Source: Candidatus Thermosaccharophagus tengchongensis (GTDB lineage: Bacteria; Armatimonadota; Fervidibacteria; Fervidibacterales; Thermosaccharophagaceae). Taken from it: 64,000 nucleotides of DNA. Below are positions 50,305-59,528 of the stretch, one piece after another. Position numbers and translations under genes: made by a program. The notes under the pieces were generated by a model. That model made no database searches. It was given only the letters and a program-made list of their open reading frames with translations, and had not been told where the DNA came from. The first letter of the stretch is position 1; each line of letters starts with the position of its first letter. Location of the stretch: NCBI GenBank assembly GCA_032161105.1, contig JAVHTD010000004.1, one strand, 5' to 3'.

Positions 50305-51750
50305 ATGGCGCGGAAAATCGCAACCGCAACATTGATAGCATTGCTCGCGCTGATCATAAGGTGCGCCGTCACACTCACATGGTTCAACCAACGGGAGAGA
50401 ATATTTGCCCCCGATTCGTATGGTTACGAGAGGCTCGCCATCAACTTGATTGAGCATGGCGCATTCTCTCAGTCGGCTATCCCGCCGCTTGTCCCGGATA
50501 CGCACCGGACACCACTTTACCCGCTGTTCATCTTGGCAGTTTATCGCGCAGTTGGCGAGTATCCAACGGCTGTCGTCATCTCCCAAGACATCATTGACGC
50601 CATTAGCACCATCCTCATTTATGCCATAGCGAGCGGCGCATCAACGCACGCTGCGGGTGTGCTCGCATCAATTGCATATGCCATAGCGCCTCTCCCCATA
50701 TTTCAATGTCAGAGGATGCTATCAGAGACGCTCTTTGTCTTTCTCACGCTCGCAGCTGTGCTTGCTGGGTTAAAGGCGCTTGCGCGCTTCCGCACGGGAG
50801 CAATAGCGGCTTGCGGCTTGCTCCTCGGACTGGCAACGCTCACAAGACCCATCGGCATTGGCATCTGGCTCATTTGGCTTGTGGCGCTCGCAGTGGCAGC
50901 TCGCAGGCTCGCTTTCTCCACATGGCTTCAAGCGATGGGCAAATTCGCGCTCTCATTCCTGCTCCCGATTGCGCCATGGCTCATACGCAACTTCATCGCT
51001 TTTAAAATGCTCTTCCTGTGCACAGGGCATCATCTCGCATTCGCTTACTACAATGCCGCTGCAGTGCTTTCACGAGCAAAGGGCATATCGCTTGAGCAAG
51101 CACAAGTTCAGCTATTTAACCAGTCCATAAACGACTTCAAAGGAATGCGCCCATTCAAAGCCGAGAGAGCAAACGACATATGGCAACCGGCAGTGCAAGA
51201 CCCGAGGAATGTAGCGGCATTGGTGAGGCATGCCAGAGATGTCATAAAGCGATACCCGATTGAAGCCATATCGGTGCACACTGAGGGCTTTGCGCAATAC
51301 ATGTTCATGACGCTCCCGATCAGGGATGTGCTTGCCAAGTTTGCCGGCAGCGAGGAGCACAGCAAGCCGATACGGGAGCGAATAATGAAGCTGCTCAGGG
51401 ATGGCAAAGTAGGCGCTGCCATCTCAACCGCTTGGAATGAGCGGCTGCATCAACTTCCACTCGCGGCAAAGTTGCTATGGCTATACAGTCTCCTGTTTGC
51501 GCTTCTCGTTGAAGGTGTGGCACTCAGCTCCGTCAAGGTGTGCATCAGGCGCGGGAATGCTGTGAGGACGGTTTGCCTGCTTTGCATGTCAATGGCGCTC
51601 TACTTGCTCCTCAGCCCCGGTCCGCAACTTGAGCCACGATTTAGAGCAATCGCAGAGCCGTGGCTAATCATCCTCGCCTCAATTGGCATCTCCAACATTG
51701 CCGAGGGCAAGCGAAAGGGCGCAATGCAGCAAAGCGCAATCAGCAGATGA
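50305..51750 (+). CDS. GT-C (ArnT/PMT, GT39-like) membrane glycosyltransferase
   Basis: PDSYGY, RTPLYPLF, LSETLF, LTRP, PWLIRN. Confidence 0.82.
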   Translation: MARKIATATLIALLALIIRCAVTLTWFNQRERIFAPDSYGYERLAINLIEHGAFSQSAIPPLVPDTHRTPLYPLFILAVYRAVGEYPTAVVISQDIIDAISTILIYAIASGASTHAAGVLASIAYAIAPLPIFQCQRMLSETLFVFLTLAAVLAGLKALARFRTGAIAACGLLLGLATLTRPIGIGIWLIWLVALAVAARRLAFSTWLQAMGKFALSFLLPIAPWLIRNFIAFKMLFLCTGHHLAFAYYNAAAVLSRAKGISLEQAQVQLFNQSINDFKGMRPFKAERANDIWQPAVQDPRNVAALVRHARDVIKRYPIEAISVHTEGFAQYMFMTLPIRDVLAKFAGSEEHSKPIRERIMKLLRDGKVGAAISTAWNERLHQLPLAAKLLWLYSLLFALLVEGVALSSVKVCIRRGNAVRTVCLLCMSMALYLLLSPGPQLEPRFRAIAEPWLIILASIGISNIAEGKRKGAMQQSAISR

Positions 51751-51762
51751 CCAAGCCAGCAA

Positions 51763-52383
51763 TCAATCTTTAGTCAATTTGAGCCGCATGAGGAAGCGCT
51801 CCGAAATGATTGCGCGCCTTTCGGTAATGACGCAATCCACCGGGACATCATCCTCATCGGATGGCACCGAATCAAACACTTGGAATTCAAATGCAACGCC
51901 GATGGTGCATGCCGACTTTGGCAGCTCCCCCAAAAAACGGTCGTAATAACCGCCTCCCCTACCAATGCGCCTGCAACGCTCATCAAACGCCCTCCCCGGA
52001 ACTATCACGGCTTCAATTTCATCCAAGGGCACAATCTGACACTCCCCCTTTGGCTCCCTTATGCCGTAGGTGCCAACCGCAACTTGCTCATCAAAAGATG
52101 AGATGAGCCTCGGTATGATTCTCCTTGAGGTTCTCTCAACCTGTGGAAGGCACACGCGCACACCGACGCTGAGCAACTGCCGTATCAGCGGCTCAACATT
52201 AACTTCATCATTCATCGGAGCATAAAGCATGACCGTAGATGCACCAATTGAACACAGCAACTGAAAGACACTTTGACAGATTGACTCGCTGAGCACTTGC
52301 CTATCATTCGCTTTAAGCGACTCAAACCTTTCCCTGACGAGCCTCCTCAAATTGGCTTTTCGACGCTTCAACTCGCTTCCCAT
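51763..52383 (-). CDS. 5-formyltetrahydrofolate cyclo-ligase
   Basis: VIVPGRAFD, RIGRGGGYYDRFL, DVPVD. Confidence 0.95.
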   Translation of the reverse strand: MGSELKRRKANLRRLVRERFESLKANDRQVLSESICQSVFQLLCSIGASTVMLYAPMNDEVNVEPLIRQLLSVGVRVCLPQVERTSRRIIPRLISSFDEQVAVGTYGIREPKGECQIVPLDEIEAVIVPGRAFDERCRRIGRGGGYYDRFLGELPKSACTIGVAFEFQVFDSVPSDEDDVPVDCVITERRAIISERFLMRLKLTKD

Positions 52384-52567
52384 ATGCCGGCATCACCTCA
52401 ATCTGGAACGGGCGGCAAAGGGCATCAAGTGCATGGCTCCCATTCAATGTTGCCAGCAGCATGTTATGCCGTTATGCTAATAGCGAGATTTAACTCAATG
52501 CCGAGTTGAAAGCTTCAGCACCATTGTGATGGCTAATTTTGCTCGGCTCAACTTGGGGTGTAAGGTA

Positions 52568-54058
52568 ATGCACAAAATCAGGCCGACATTGAGTGAGTTC
52601 ATTGAGCTCTCGTCGCGTGGCAATTTGATACCCGTGTATGGCGAGATGCTCGCCGACCTGGAGACGCCCGTATCCGCATTCCTGAAGCTATGCGGAGAGC
52701 CATTTTCATTCCTCCTTGAGAGCGTTGAGGGTGGTGAGACAATTGCACGCTATTCCTTTCTCGGGACAAATCCGTTCATGCGCTTCTCAAGCAAAGGCAA
52801 CACGGTGCGGATTGAGAGAGGCGAAACTGTCATTGAGAGGCAGCTGAAGAACAATGAAGATCCATTGCATGTCCTTCAGGGCATAATGAGTGAGTTCAAG
52901 TTTGTATCGCTCCCCGAGCTGCCCCGCTTTTGCGGTGGCGCAGTCGGATACATCTCATATGACATGGTCAGGTTTTTTGAGCGCCTTCCGGAGCTGGCTG
53001 AGGACGACCTGCAGCTCCCGGATTGCCAATTCATGCTCGCCGATACGCTCGTCATCTTTGACCATGTGATGCGAAAGATGAAGGTGCTCGTCAATGCTTA
53101 TATTGAGGGCGACCCAAAAGCCGCGTATGATAATGCCGTTGAAAGGGTTGAGGGAATGCTCAAAGTCCTGATGGAGAGACAGCTGACCATGTTAAAGCCA
53201 CAGAGGGCACAAAGCGACTTGCAGCTGAATATCACCTCAAACATGAGCCAAGATTACTTCATGGACATCGTCAGGCGAGCGAAGGAATACATCGCCGCCG
53301 GAGACTGCATTCAAGTTGTGCTCTCGCAGCGCTTGCACACGAAGGTCAGCGCTACCCCTTTCAACATCTACCGAGCATTGCGCTCAATCAACCCCTCACC
53401 ATACATGTTCTACCTGACATTCGGCGACTTGCACCTTGTAGGCTCATCCCCGGAAATACTCGTCACCTGCATTGGCAGGCATGTCCGCACAAGACCACTT
53501 GCAGGAACGAGGCGGCGAGGGAAGACGCCAGAGGAGGATAAACGACTTGAAGCGGAGTTGCTGAGCGATGAGAAAGAGCGTGCCGAACACATAATGCTCG
53601 TTGACTTGGGACGAAATGATATTGGGAGGGTTTGCAAGATAGGCAGCGTTAGAGTAACAGAGCTGATGCAGGTTGAGCGCTATTCGCATGTCATGCACAT
53701 TTACTCCACAGTTGAGGGCGAACTTGATGAGCGCTATACGCCGTATGACCTGCTCAGGGCTTCATTCCCAGCTGGGACGGTCTCAGGGGCGCCAAAGGTG
53801 AGGGCTATGGAAATAATTGAGGAGCTTGAGCCAACAAGGCGCGGCCCTTATGCAGGCGCCGTTGGCTACTTCAGCTTCTCCGGGAACATGGACACTGCGA
53901 TAACAATACGCACAATCATCATGAAGGGCGAGGATGCATATGTTCAAGCCGGCGCCGGAATAGTTGCCGACTCCATCCCGCAGCGTGAATATGAGGAGAC
54001 GATGAACAAGGCTATGGCACTGATAGCTGCAATTGAGATGGCACACAGGGAGCTTTAA
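52568..54058 (+). CDS. trpE: Anthranilate synthase component I
   Basis: ETPVS, LLESVE, NPSPYM, KERAEHIMLVDLGRND, PAGTVSGAPK. Confidence 0.95.
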   Translation: MHKIRPTLSEFIELSSRGNLIPVYGEMLADLETPVSAFLKLCGEPFSFLLESVEGGETIARYSFLGTNPFMRFSSKGNTVRIERGETVIERQLKNNEDPLHVLQGIMSEFKFVSLPELPRFCGGAVGYISYDMVRFFERLPELAEDDLQLPDCQFMLADTLVIFDHVMRKMKVLVNAYIEGDPKAAYDNAVERVEGMLKVLMERQLTMLKPQRAQSDLQLNITSNMSQDYFMDIVRRAKEYIAAGDCIQVVLSQRLHTKVSATPFNIYRALRSINPSPYMFYLTFGDLHLVGSSPEILVTCIGRHVRTRPLAGTRRRGKTPEEDKRLEAELLSDEKERAEHIMLVDLGRNDIGRVCKIGSVRVTELMQVERYSHVMHIYSTVEGELDERYTPYDLLRASFPAGTVSGAPKVRAMEIIEELEPTRRGPYAGAVGYFSFSGNMDTAITIRTIIMKGEDAYVQAGAGIVADSIPQREYEETMNKAMALIAAIEMAHREL

Positions 54059-54086
54059 AAGCCATACCTGAAGAGGGTGAACGGCT

Positions 54087-54536
54087 GTGCGGGCGGTAGT
54101 GCAGCGCACGCAATATGCGCATGTTGAAGTTGATGGGAATGTGGTGGCGGCAATCGGCAACGGGTTAGTGGTTCTCCTCGGCATCGGAGTCGGGGATGAC
54201 GAATCGGATGCCAATTACCTCGCAAGCAAAGTTGCGCACTTGCGCATCTTTGAAGACGACTCGGGAAAGCTCAACCTTTCGGTGCTTGAAGTCAACGGCG
54301 AAGTGCTCGTCGTATCCAACTTCACGCTTTACGGCGACTGCCGAAAGGGGCGCAGACCGAGTTTCACTGAGGCAGCACCACCTGAGTTGGCAGAGCGCCT
54401 TTATGAGGCGTTCATAGAGGCGCTCAGGTGTGAGGGCGTAAAAGTATCTCAAGGGTTGTTTGGCGCAAGGATGGTCATCAGGATAGACAACGATGGACCA
54501 GTGACACTGCTCCTTGACAGCAAGAAGCAGTTTTGA
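54087..54536 (+). CDS. dtd: D-aminoacyl-tRNA deacylase
   Basis: MRAVVQR, SNFTL, GRRPSF, NDGPVT. Confidence 0.96.
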   Translation: MRAVVQRTQYAHVEVDGNVVAAIGNGLVVLLGIGVGDDESDANYLASKVAHLRIFEDDSGKLNLSVLEVNGEVLVVSNFTLYGDCRKGRRPSFTEAAPPELAERLYEAFIEALRCEGVKVSQGLFGARMVIRIDNDGPVTLLLDSKKQF

Positions 54537-54690
54537 AAAGCTCCCGAAATGCATTCACATTCATCGGCTGATGATCGTAGCAGCATAGTCGGATGCTTGC
54601 AAGAGGCGCTCAAGTGATGCGCTATATGCTAAACCATCGCGCTACACTGTCGTATATGCATATGGCAATTTAAAGGGGTGGAATGTTGCT

Positions 54691-55551
54691 ATGGCAGCGG
54701 CACAGGTGCTGAGCGTTGAGGAGCTGAAGGAGAAGGCAAGGGTTATCCGAAAGCACATTATCGTGATGACGACGCTCGCTGGGTCGGGTCATCCAACAAC
54801 TGCACTATCAATGGTTGAGGTGCTCGTTGCACTCTACTTCGGCGGGATACTACGCTACGACCCAACCAATCCGCATTGGGAGGACAGAGATAGGTTTATC
54901 CTGAGCAAGGGGCATGGCTGTCCAGCGCTTTATGCAGTGCTTGCCGAAGCCGGTTACTTCCCAGTTGAGCAGCTCAAAACTCTGCGCCAGCTTGGGAGCC
55001 CACTTGAAGGTCATCCGAACATGCGCGCCCTACCGGGAATTGAAGCATCCACTGGCTCGCTCGGGCAGGGGCTCTCAATCGGCTTGGGACACGCGCTTGC
55101 AGCTCGCCTTGATGGGCGAGATTATCATGTGTTTGTCATGGTCGGTGACGGTGAGTGCGATGAAGGGCAAGTCTGGGAGGCTGCAATGGCTGCAAAGCAT
55201 TTCAAGGTGGACAACCTGACCTGCATCGTTGACCATAACAAGTATCAGCAGACTGGCTGCGTGTTTGATGTGATGGACTACCGTCCATTCGCCGACAAGT
55301 GGCGCGCTTTTGGTTGGCATGTGCAGGAGATAGATGGACACGACATTGAGCAAGTGCTTAATGCGCTTAGGCTCGCAAAGGGCAAGCCAGAAAAGGGCAC
55401 ACCAACCGTCATCATCGCGCACACCGTAAAGGGCAAGGGCGTTTCATTCCTTGAGCACAGAAGCGACATGCACGGACGCGCGGTCAAAATTGATGAAGCC
55501 AAAAGGGCATTGGAGGAATTGGGATGGAGCTGGGAAGAAGAATTGGGTTAA
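54691..55551 (+). CDS. Transketolase, N-terminal (TPP-binding) subunit
   Basis: SGH, DRFILSKGH, GSLGQG, GDGE...WEA, HTVKGKG. Confidence 0.95.
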   Translation: MAAAQVLSVEELKEKARVIRKHIIVMTTLAGSGHPTTALSMVEVLVALYFGGILRYDPTNPHWEDRDRFILSKGHGCPALYAVLAEAGYFPVEQLKTLRQLGSPLEGHPNMRALPGIEASTGSLGQGLSIGLGHALAARLDGRDYHVFVMVGDGECDEGQVWEAAMAAKHFKVDNLTCIVDHNKYQQTGCVFDVMDYRPFADKWRAFGWHVQEIDGHDIEQVLNALRLAKGKPEKGTPTVIIAHTVKGKGVSFLEHRSDMHGRAVKIDEAKRALEELGWSWEEELG

Positions 55552-56489
55552 AGCTTGGTCTCTCAACGAGGGAGGCATTTGGCAGGGCACTCGCCGAACT
55601 CGGCGAGGAGGTGCCAAACATCGTCGTCATAGACGGCGATGTGAATAACTCAACTCGCACTGAGCACTTCGCAAAGCGCTTCCCGGAGCGCTTCTTCAAC
55701 TTTGGCATTGCTGAGTCAAACATGGTCGGCGTAGCTGGCGGCATGGCTGCATGCGGCAAGATACCGGTCGTGGCGAGCTTCGCCTGCTTCCTGATGTGCA
55801 ACGCCTTTGATCAACTGCGCATGTCAGTTGCATACCCGAGGATGAATGTTAAGCTCGTCGGGAGCCACGCCGGAATAAGCATTGGGCAGGATGGTCCTTC
55901 ACAGATGGGTGTTGAGGATGTGGCGCTCGCATGCGCTCTGGGTGGCGTCGTCGTCATAGTGCCGGCAGATGAGGTTGAAACGAGGGAGGCAGTTAGGGCG
56001 GCAATTTATCACGAAGGTCCGGTTTACATCCGCGTTGGGCGTCCGGAAGTTCCGATCGTTTACACCGACGGGTGCGACTTCAAAATAGGCAAAGCAAACA
56101 AGCTGCGAGATGGCACCGATGTGACGCTCATAGCCAACGGGATCATGGTAGCTGCAGCACTTGAGGCTGCATACCTCCTTGAACAAGAGGGGATAAGCGC
56201 ACGCGTCCTTGACATGCACACCGTTAAGCCAATTGATGCCGATGCGATTGAGGAAGCCGCAAGGGAGACTGGCGCGATAGTAGTTGCAGAAGAGCACTTT
56301 GCATATGGCGGGCTCGGAAGCGTTGTTGCGATGGCTGCCGCACAGAGGCATCCAGTGCCAATTGAATTTATCAACCTCGGCGATACTTACTCCCCCTCCG
56401 GTGTTCCGGATGACCTTTTGCGCCATTACGGCTTAACCGCAGACAATGTAGCCAATGCCGCAAAGAGGGCGATTGAGCGCAAGCGCTGA
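55524..56489 (+). CDS. Transketolase, C-terminal subunit
   Basis: REAFG, GIAESNM, GQDGPSQ, GPVYIR, EEH. Confidence 0.95.
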   Translation: MELGRRIGLKLGLSTREAFGRALAELGEEVPNIVVIDGDVNNSTRTEHFAKRFPERFFNFGIAESNMVGVAGGMAACGKIPVVASFACFLMCNAFDQLRMSVAYPRMNVKLVGSHAGISIGQDGPSQMGVEDVALACALGGVVVIVPADEVETREAVRAAIYHEGPVYIRVGRPEVPIVYTDGCDFKIGKANKLRDGTDVTLIANGIMVAAALEAAYLLEQEGISARVLDMHTVKPIDADAIEEAARETGAIVVAEEHFAYGGLGSVVAMAAAQRHPVPIEFINLGDTYSPSGVPDDLLRHYGLTADNVANAAKRAIERKR

Positions 56490-56523
56490 GAGCGTAAAGG
56501 GCTTTGCGTGAGGCTCAAGACAG

Positions 56524-56901
56524 ATGGCGGATGTCATTGTGGGGTGCGCGCCTATGCGCACAACAAAGTCAACGGCGCAAATGGAAGACGAGGCAAAGCT
56601 TCGCAGTGAACTTGAGGCTGCACTTTGTGAGCTTGGCGTGCGCATACTGAAGGGCAAGTTCTCCGGAAAAGGCGGCTTAGGGCGATACAAGGGGAGGTGG
56701 ATTGTGGCACTTGATTATAACCTACCAGAGCATGTTAAGGTGATGCTCCTCGCCAAAGCTGCCTCAATGTTTGATGCCGGCTCGCTCAAGCTTTCACAGG
56801 AAGCTCAGGCACTGGTTGAGCGCCTTCGGACCGATGAGAAGCAAATCAAGCCAATTAGCATGGAGAGCGAGGAGAGCGAGAGGAATAAGCCGAGCAAATA
56901 G
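56524..56901 (+). CDS. Hypothetical protein
   Basis: 125-aa ORF behind the transketolase genes; GGLGRYKGRWIVALD core. Confidence 0.55.
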   Translation: MADVIVGCAPMRTTKSTAQMEDEAKLRSELEAALCELGVRILKGKFSGKGGLGRYKGRWIVALDYNLPEHVKVMLLAKAASMFDAGSLKLSQEAQALVERLRTDEKQIKPISMESEESERNKPSK

Positions 56902-59357
56902 GATGTGGGCAGATAGACAAATGTGAGCTTTAACTCGGCAGGCTTTACGAGCTTCGGAAGTGCCGCACAGCGCAGCGCATACTGTGCCGGGAGCAACTGC
57001 AACTCAATTTGCTCACCTTCGGACAAAAGCCACACCTTCCAGCCCGGGTAAAAGACATCGCTCAGAACAAGCACAACGCCACCAACGCCATAGCCGATGA
57101 CAGTCACAGAAACACCATCATCAAGAAGGGCGGAACAATTAAACCACCCACCAGCTGCAAGCTTGAGCGATGTGTCTGTGCATGTCACAATAGCTGTTTC
57201 GCTTCCCCACACCGCATTGCGGTGAGCCAACGACTTGAGGGAGTCAAGCGCTTGTCCACCATCACGACACACCACAATGCGTTTTGGTATCCACACCCTC
57301 GCAAGGGCGCCTTCAACTTCACAGAGCCACAAGCTGCCGACTTGCTTCATCGCCTCGCAATTGACCCCAATGACCTGCGATGGTTTTCTCACCAAAATGT
57401 AGCGGACGGCGAGTTGCTTCAGCAGCGGCGATTTGACATTGCGCAGCAAGACCATATTCCCATTCTCAGGCGGGCACGGATGAGCGCCCTCAACAACTTC
57501 CACCAGCGCCTTGTAGCTTCGGAGCATGAGGGAATCGTAAGCCTGCGGGTCGTATAGCCCGACGAGGCTCATGAGGTTCGGCGGAAAGAGCGCATCTGGC
57601 AAACTGTGCGTCCTCAGCCACTCATCGTAATTCCAGCGACCCAGCGCCTGTTCGTGAAACTGCTTTTGCCAAATTGAGCCACGCAGCCTCCATTTGATGC
57701 TCACGGGCAACACGCGAAACAAAACCCTCTCACTGTGAGGTATACATTCGCGAAGTGCTTTGAAGTATGCGTCATTCAAAAGGCGCGCCTCATTACGGCT
57801 CAATGCTTGATTGTGACCGAAGCCGAAGAGGAATAATTCAATTGCCATAGCCACAACGGCTGCATGGACAAGCAACCCTGCACGCAAGTAGCGCATGAGG
57901 AAAGGCAAGAGGAGCGAAGTTATCAGCGCAAACACCGCCCCGGCGTTTGACCGTAAGAGCCGCAGCATCTCGCCGCTAAGCCCAACGCCGTATAGCTGTG
58001 CACGGTAGATTGAAAACACCAACAGCAGACACATGGCGCACATAGCAAGCGATGCTGCTATAAGCGATGCCACCTTAGCAAACGATGCATGCTCATCGGA
58101 GAGACGGTCAATGCCAACACCGCACATTAGAGCCAACCCAAGAGCGCTTAAAAACCATGCCCTCGTTGGCGTTCCAATTTGAGCGAATCCCGGCAGGGCA
58201 AAGTAAAAGGGGATGTTAAACGGGCTTCCAGTGGCTAAGAGGATGCCGAGGAGCGCAAGGCGTATTCCGATCGCTGCAGCGGCGCTATAGCGCTTTGCCA
58301 CGCATGAACTCCCACGCATTGACGCAGTGGCGGCGAGCGCGAAGAGCAAAGTGATGATCCCGACATACGGGCAGTAGTCAGCGAAGTTTTCTTTCCCAAT
58401 GTAGTCGCCGAGCTTCGGCGTTCCCCAAGCATATGGCAGGATGAGCATGGCAAAATCTTCCAAGCCCATCCCCCTTGAGGAAAACCAAAGGTAGCCATCC
58501 CATGTTGGCTTTCCCGAACGATGGGAATACATGGCAAGCTCAGCCGCCGGAAGGAGCTGTGCAGCGCTAATGCATACAGCAAGTGCCATTGAAAGGACGA
58601 CGAGAAGGAGATGAAGCGAAGGCAAACTGGCATTGCTGTGCATGCGAAGGGCTGTGCAGGTGAACGGCAGAACCGCAATTGCAGCGATGAGCGAGTATAT
58701 GCAGAGTTGAGGGTGACCGCTCAGGATGAGCATGAGGCATGCAACGGAAATTGAGAGCAAGCGAAGAAGCACTGGCTGACGCAAGTATGCAACGATGCAC
58801 GCCATAAGGCATGGCAACCAACACATGGTGTTGAATGCCGACGGGAGCATTTGCCAAGTGATGAGCGGTGCGCTGAATGCGAACGAGATTGAGCAGGCGA
58901 AGCTGCCGAGGGGCGAAATCCCAACAGCCCTTGCAAGCCAAAATGAAGAGAGCAGCGCTATGGCGGTGTGCAAAAATGCGGACCAACCAATGGCGACCTC
59001 AACTGGCATGAGCCAGAACAAAATGTTCAGCGGATAGAAAACGCCAACCTGCGGGTTGGCGAGCAGCGGCATGCCACAACCTTGATGCGCATTCCAAAGT
59101 GGAACGATGCCACGCCTCAACATCTCATGGGCGGTTTTCCTCCACGCCAAGTATTGAGCCACGCTATCCCACTGAAGCGCATCCCAACGCACCAACTTCT
59201 CAGTGGGCGCGCCACACAGCGCTGCAGTGGCTTCGGGGAGCATGAGCATGCCGCCGAAGGTATAACGCCAGTTGAAGAGAAGGGACAAAGCTATGAGCAG
59301 CACAACAGCAACTGCATCAGCCCATCGTGAAGGAGTTCCTCTGTCACTCATCTGCAA
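56805..59357 (-). CDS. YfhO-like (GT-C fold) large membrane protein
   Basis: PLWNAHQGCGMPLLANPQ, FYP, GHPQ, AAQLLP, YVG, LSDVFYPGW. Confidence 0.85.
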   Translation of the reverse strand: MQMSDRGTPSRWADAVAVVLLIALSLLFNWRYTFGGMLMLPEATAALCGAPTEKLVRWDALQWDSVAQYLAWRKTAHEMLRRGIVPLWNAHQGCGMPLLANPQVGVFYPLNILFWLMPVEVAIGWSAFLHTAIALLSSFWLARAVGISPLGSFACSISFAFSAPLITWQMLPSAFNTMCWLPCLMACIVAYLRQPVLLRLLSISVACLMLILSGHPQLCIYSLIAAIAVLPFTCTALRMHSNASLPSLHLLLVVLSMALAVCISAAQLLPAAELAMYSHRSGKPTWDGYLWFSSRGMGLEDFAMLILPYAWGTPKLGDYIGKENFADYCPYVGIITLLFALAATASMRGSSCVAKRYSAAAAIGIRLALLGILLATGSPFNIPFYFALPGFAQIGTPTRAWFLSALGLALMCGVGIDRLSDEHASFAKVASLIAASLAMCAMCLLLVFSIYRAQLYGVGLSGEMLRLLRSNAGAVFALITSLLLPFLMRYLRAGLLVHAAVVAMAIELFLFGFGHNQALSRNEARLLNDAYFKALRECIPHSERVLFRVLPVSIKWRLRGSIWQKQFHEQALGRWNYDEWLRTHSLPDALFPPNLMSLVGLYDPQAYDSLMLRSYKALVEVVEGAHPCPPENGNMVLLRNVKSPLLKQLAVRYILVRKPSQVIGVNCEAMKQVGSLWLCEVEGALARVWIPKRIVVCRDGGQALDSLKSLAHRNAVWGSETAIVTCTDTSLKLAAGGWFNCSALLDDGVSVTVIGYGVGGVVLVLSDVFYPGWKVWLLSEGEQIELQLLPAQYALRCAALPKLVKPAELKLTFVYLPTSYLLGLFLSLSSLSMLIGLICFSSVRRRSTSA

Positions 59358-59399
59358 CCACGCTTTGTTGGAGCGCCGGGGTTAAAACGAAAAGCAGCT

Positions 59400-59474
59400 T
59401 GGTGGAGGCGGCGGGATTTGAACCCGCGACCTCTGGAGTGCGATTCCAGCGCTCTCCCCCTGAGCTACGCCCCC
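59400..59474 (-). tRNA. tRNA-Ala (anticodon CGC), CCA encoded
   Basis: GGGGGCGTAGCTCAGGGGGAGAGCGCTGGAATCGCACTCCAGAGGTCGCGGGTTCAAATCCCGCCGCCTCCACCA; G3:U70 pair, TTC arm. Confidence 0.97.
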
Positions 59475-59494
59475 ACCAATTTGCCCTGTGGTCA

Positions 59495-59503
59495 ATTATA
59501 GCA
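59495..59503 (-). promoter_or_regulatory. Extended -10 promoter of tRNA-Ala
   Basis: TGcTATAAT on the minus strand, about 20 nt upstream of the tRNA. Confidence 0.6.
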
Positions 59504-59528
59504 CCCAATCGGCTTCACGATACAGTTA

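Noticed and set aside
50200..50586. Cys-rich N-terminal extension of CysS in the ORF track
   Set aside because: It overlaps the divergent GT-C gene; the canonical CysS start (IYNTLT) is at ATG 50199.
52384..52567. 6S RNA upstream of the 5-formyl-THF cyclo-ligase gene
   Set aside because: The gap is short and shared with divergent trpE; no long rod-like self-complementarity seen.
54691..56489. Transketolase frameshift or pseudogene
   Set aside because: Two-subunit transketolases are common, and the second ORF has its own GGAGG RBS.
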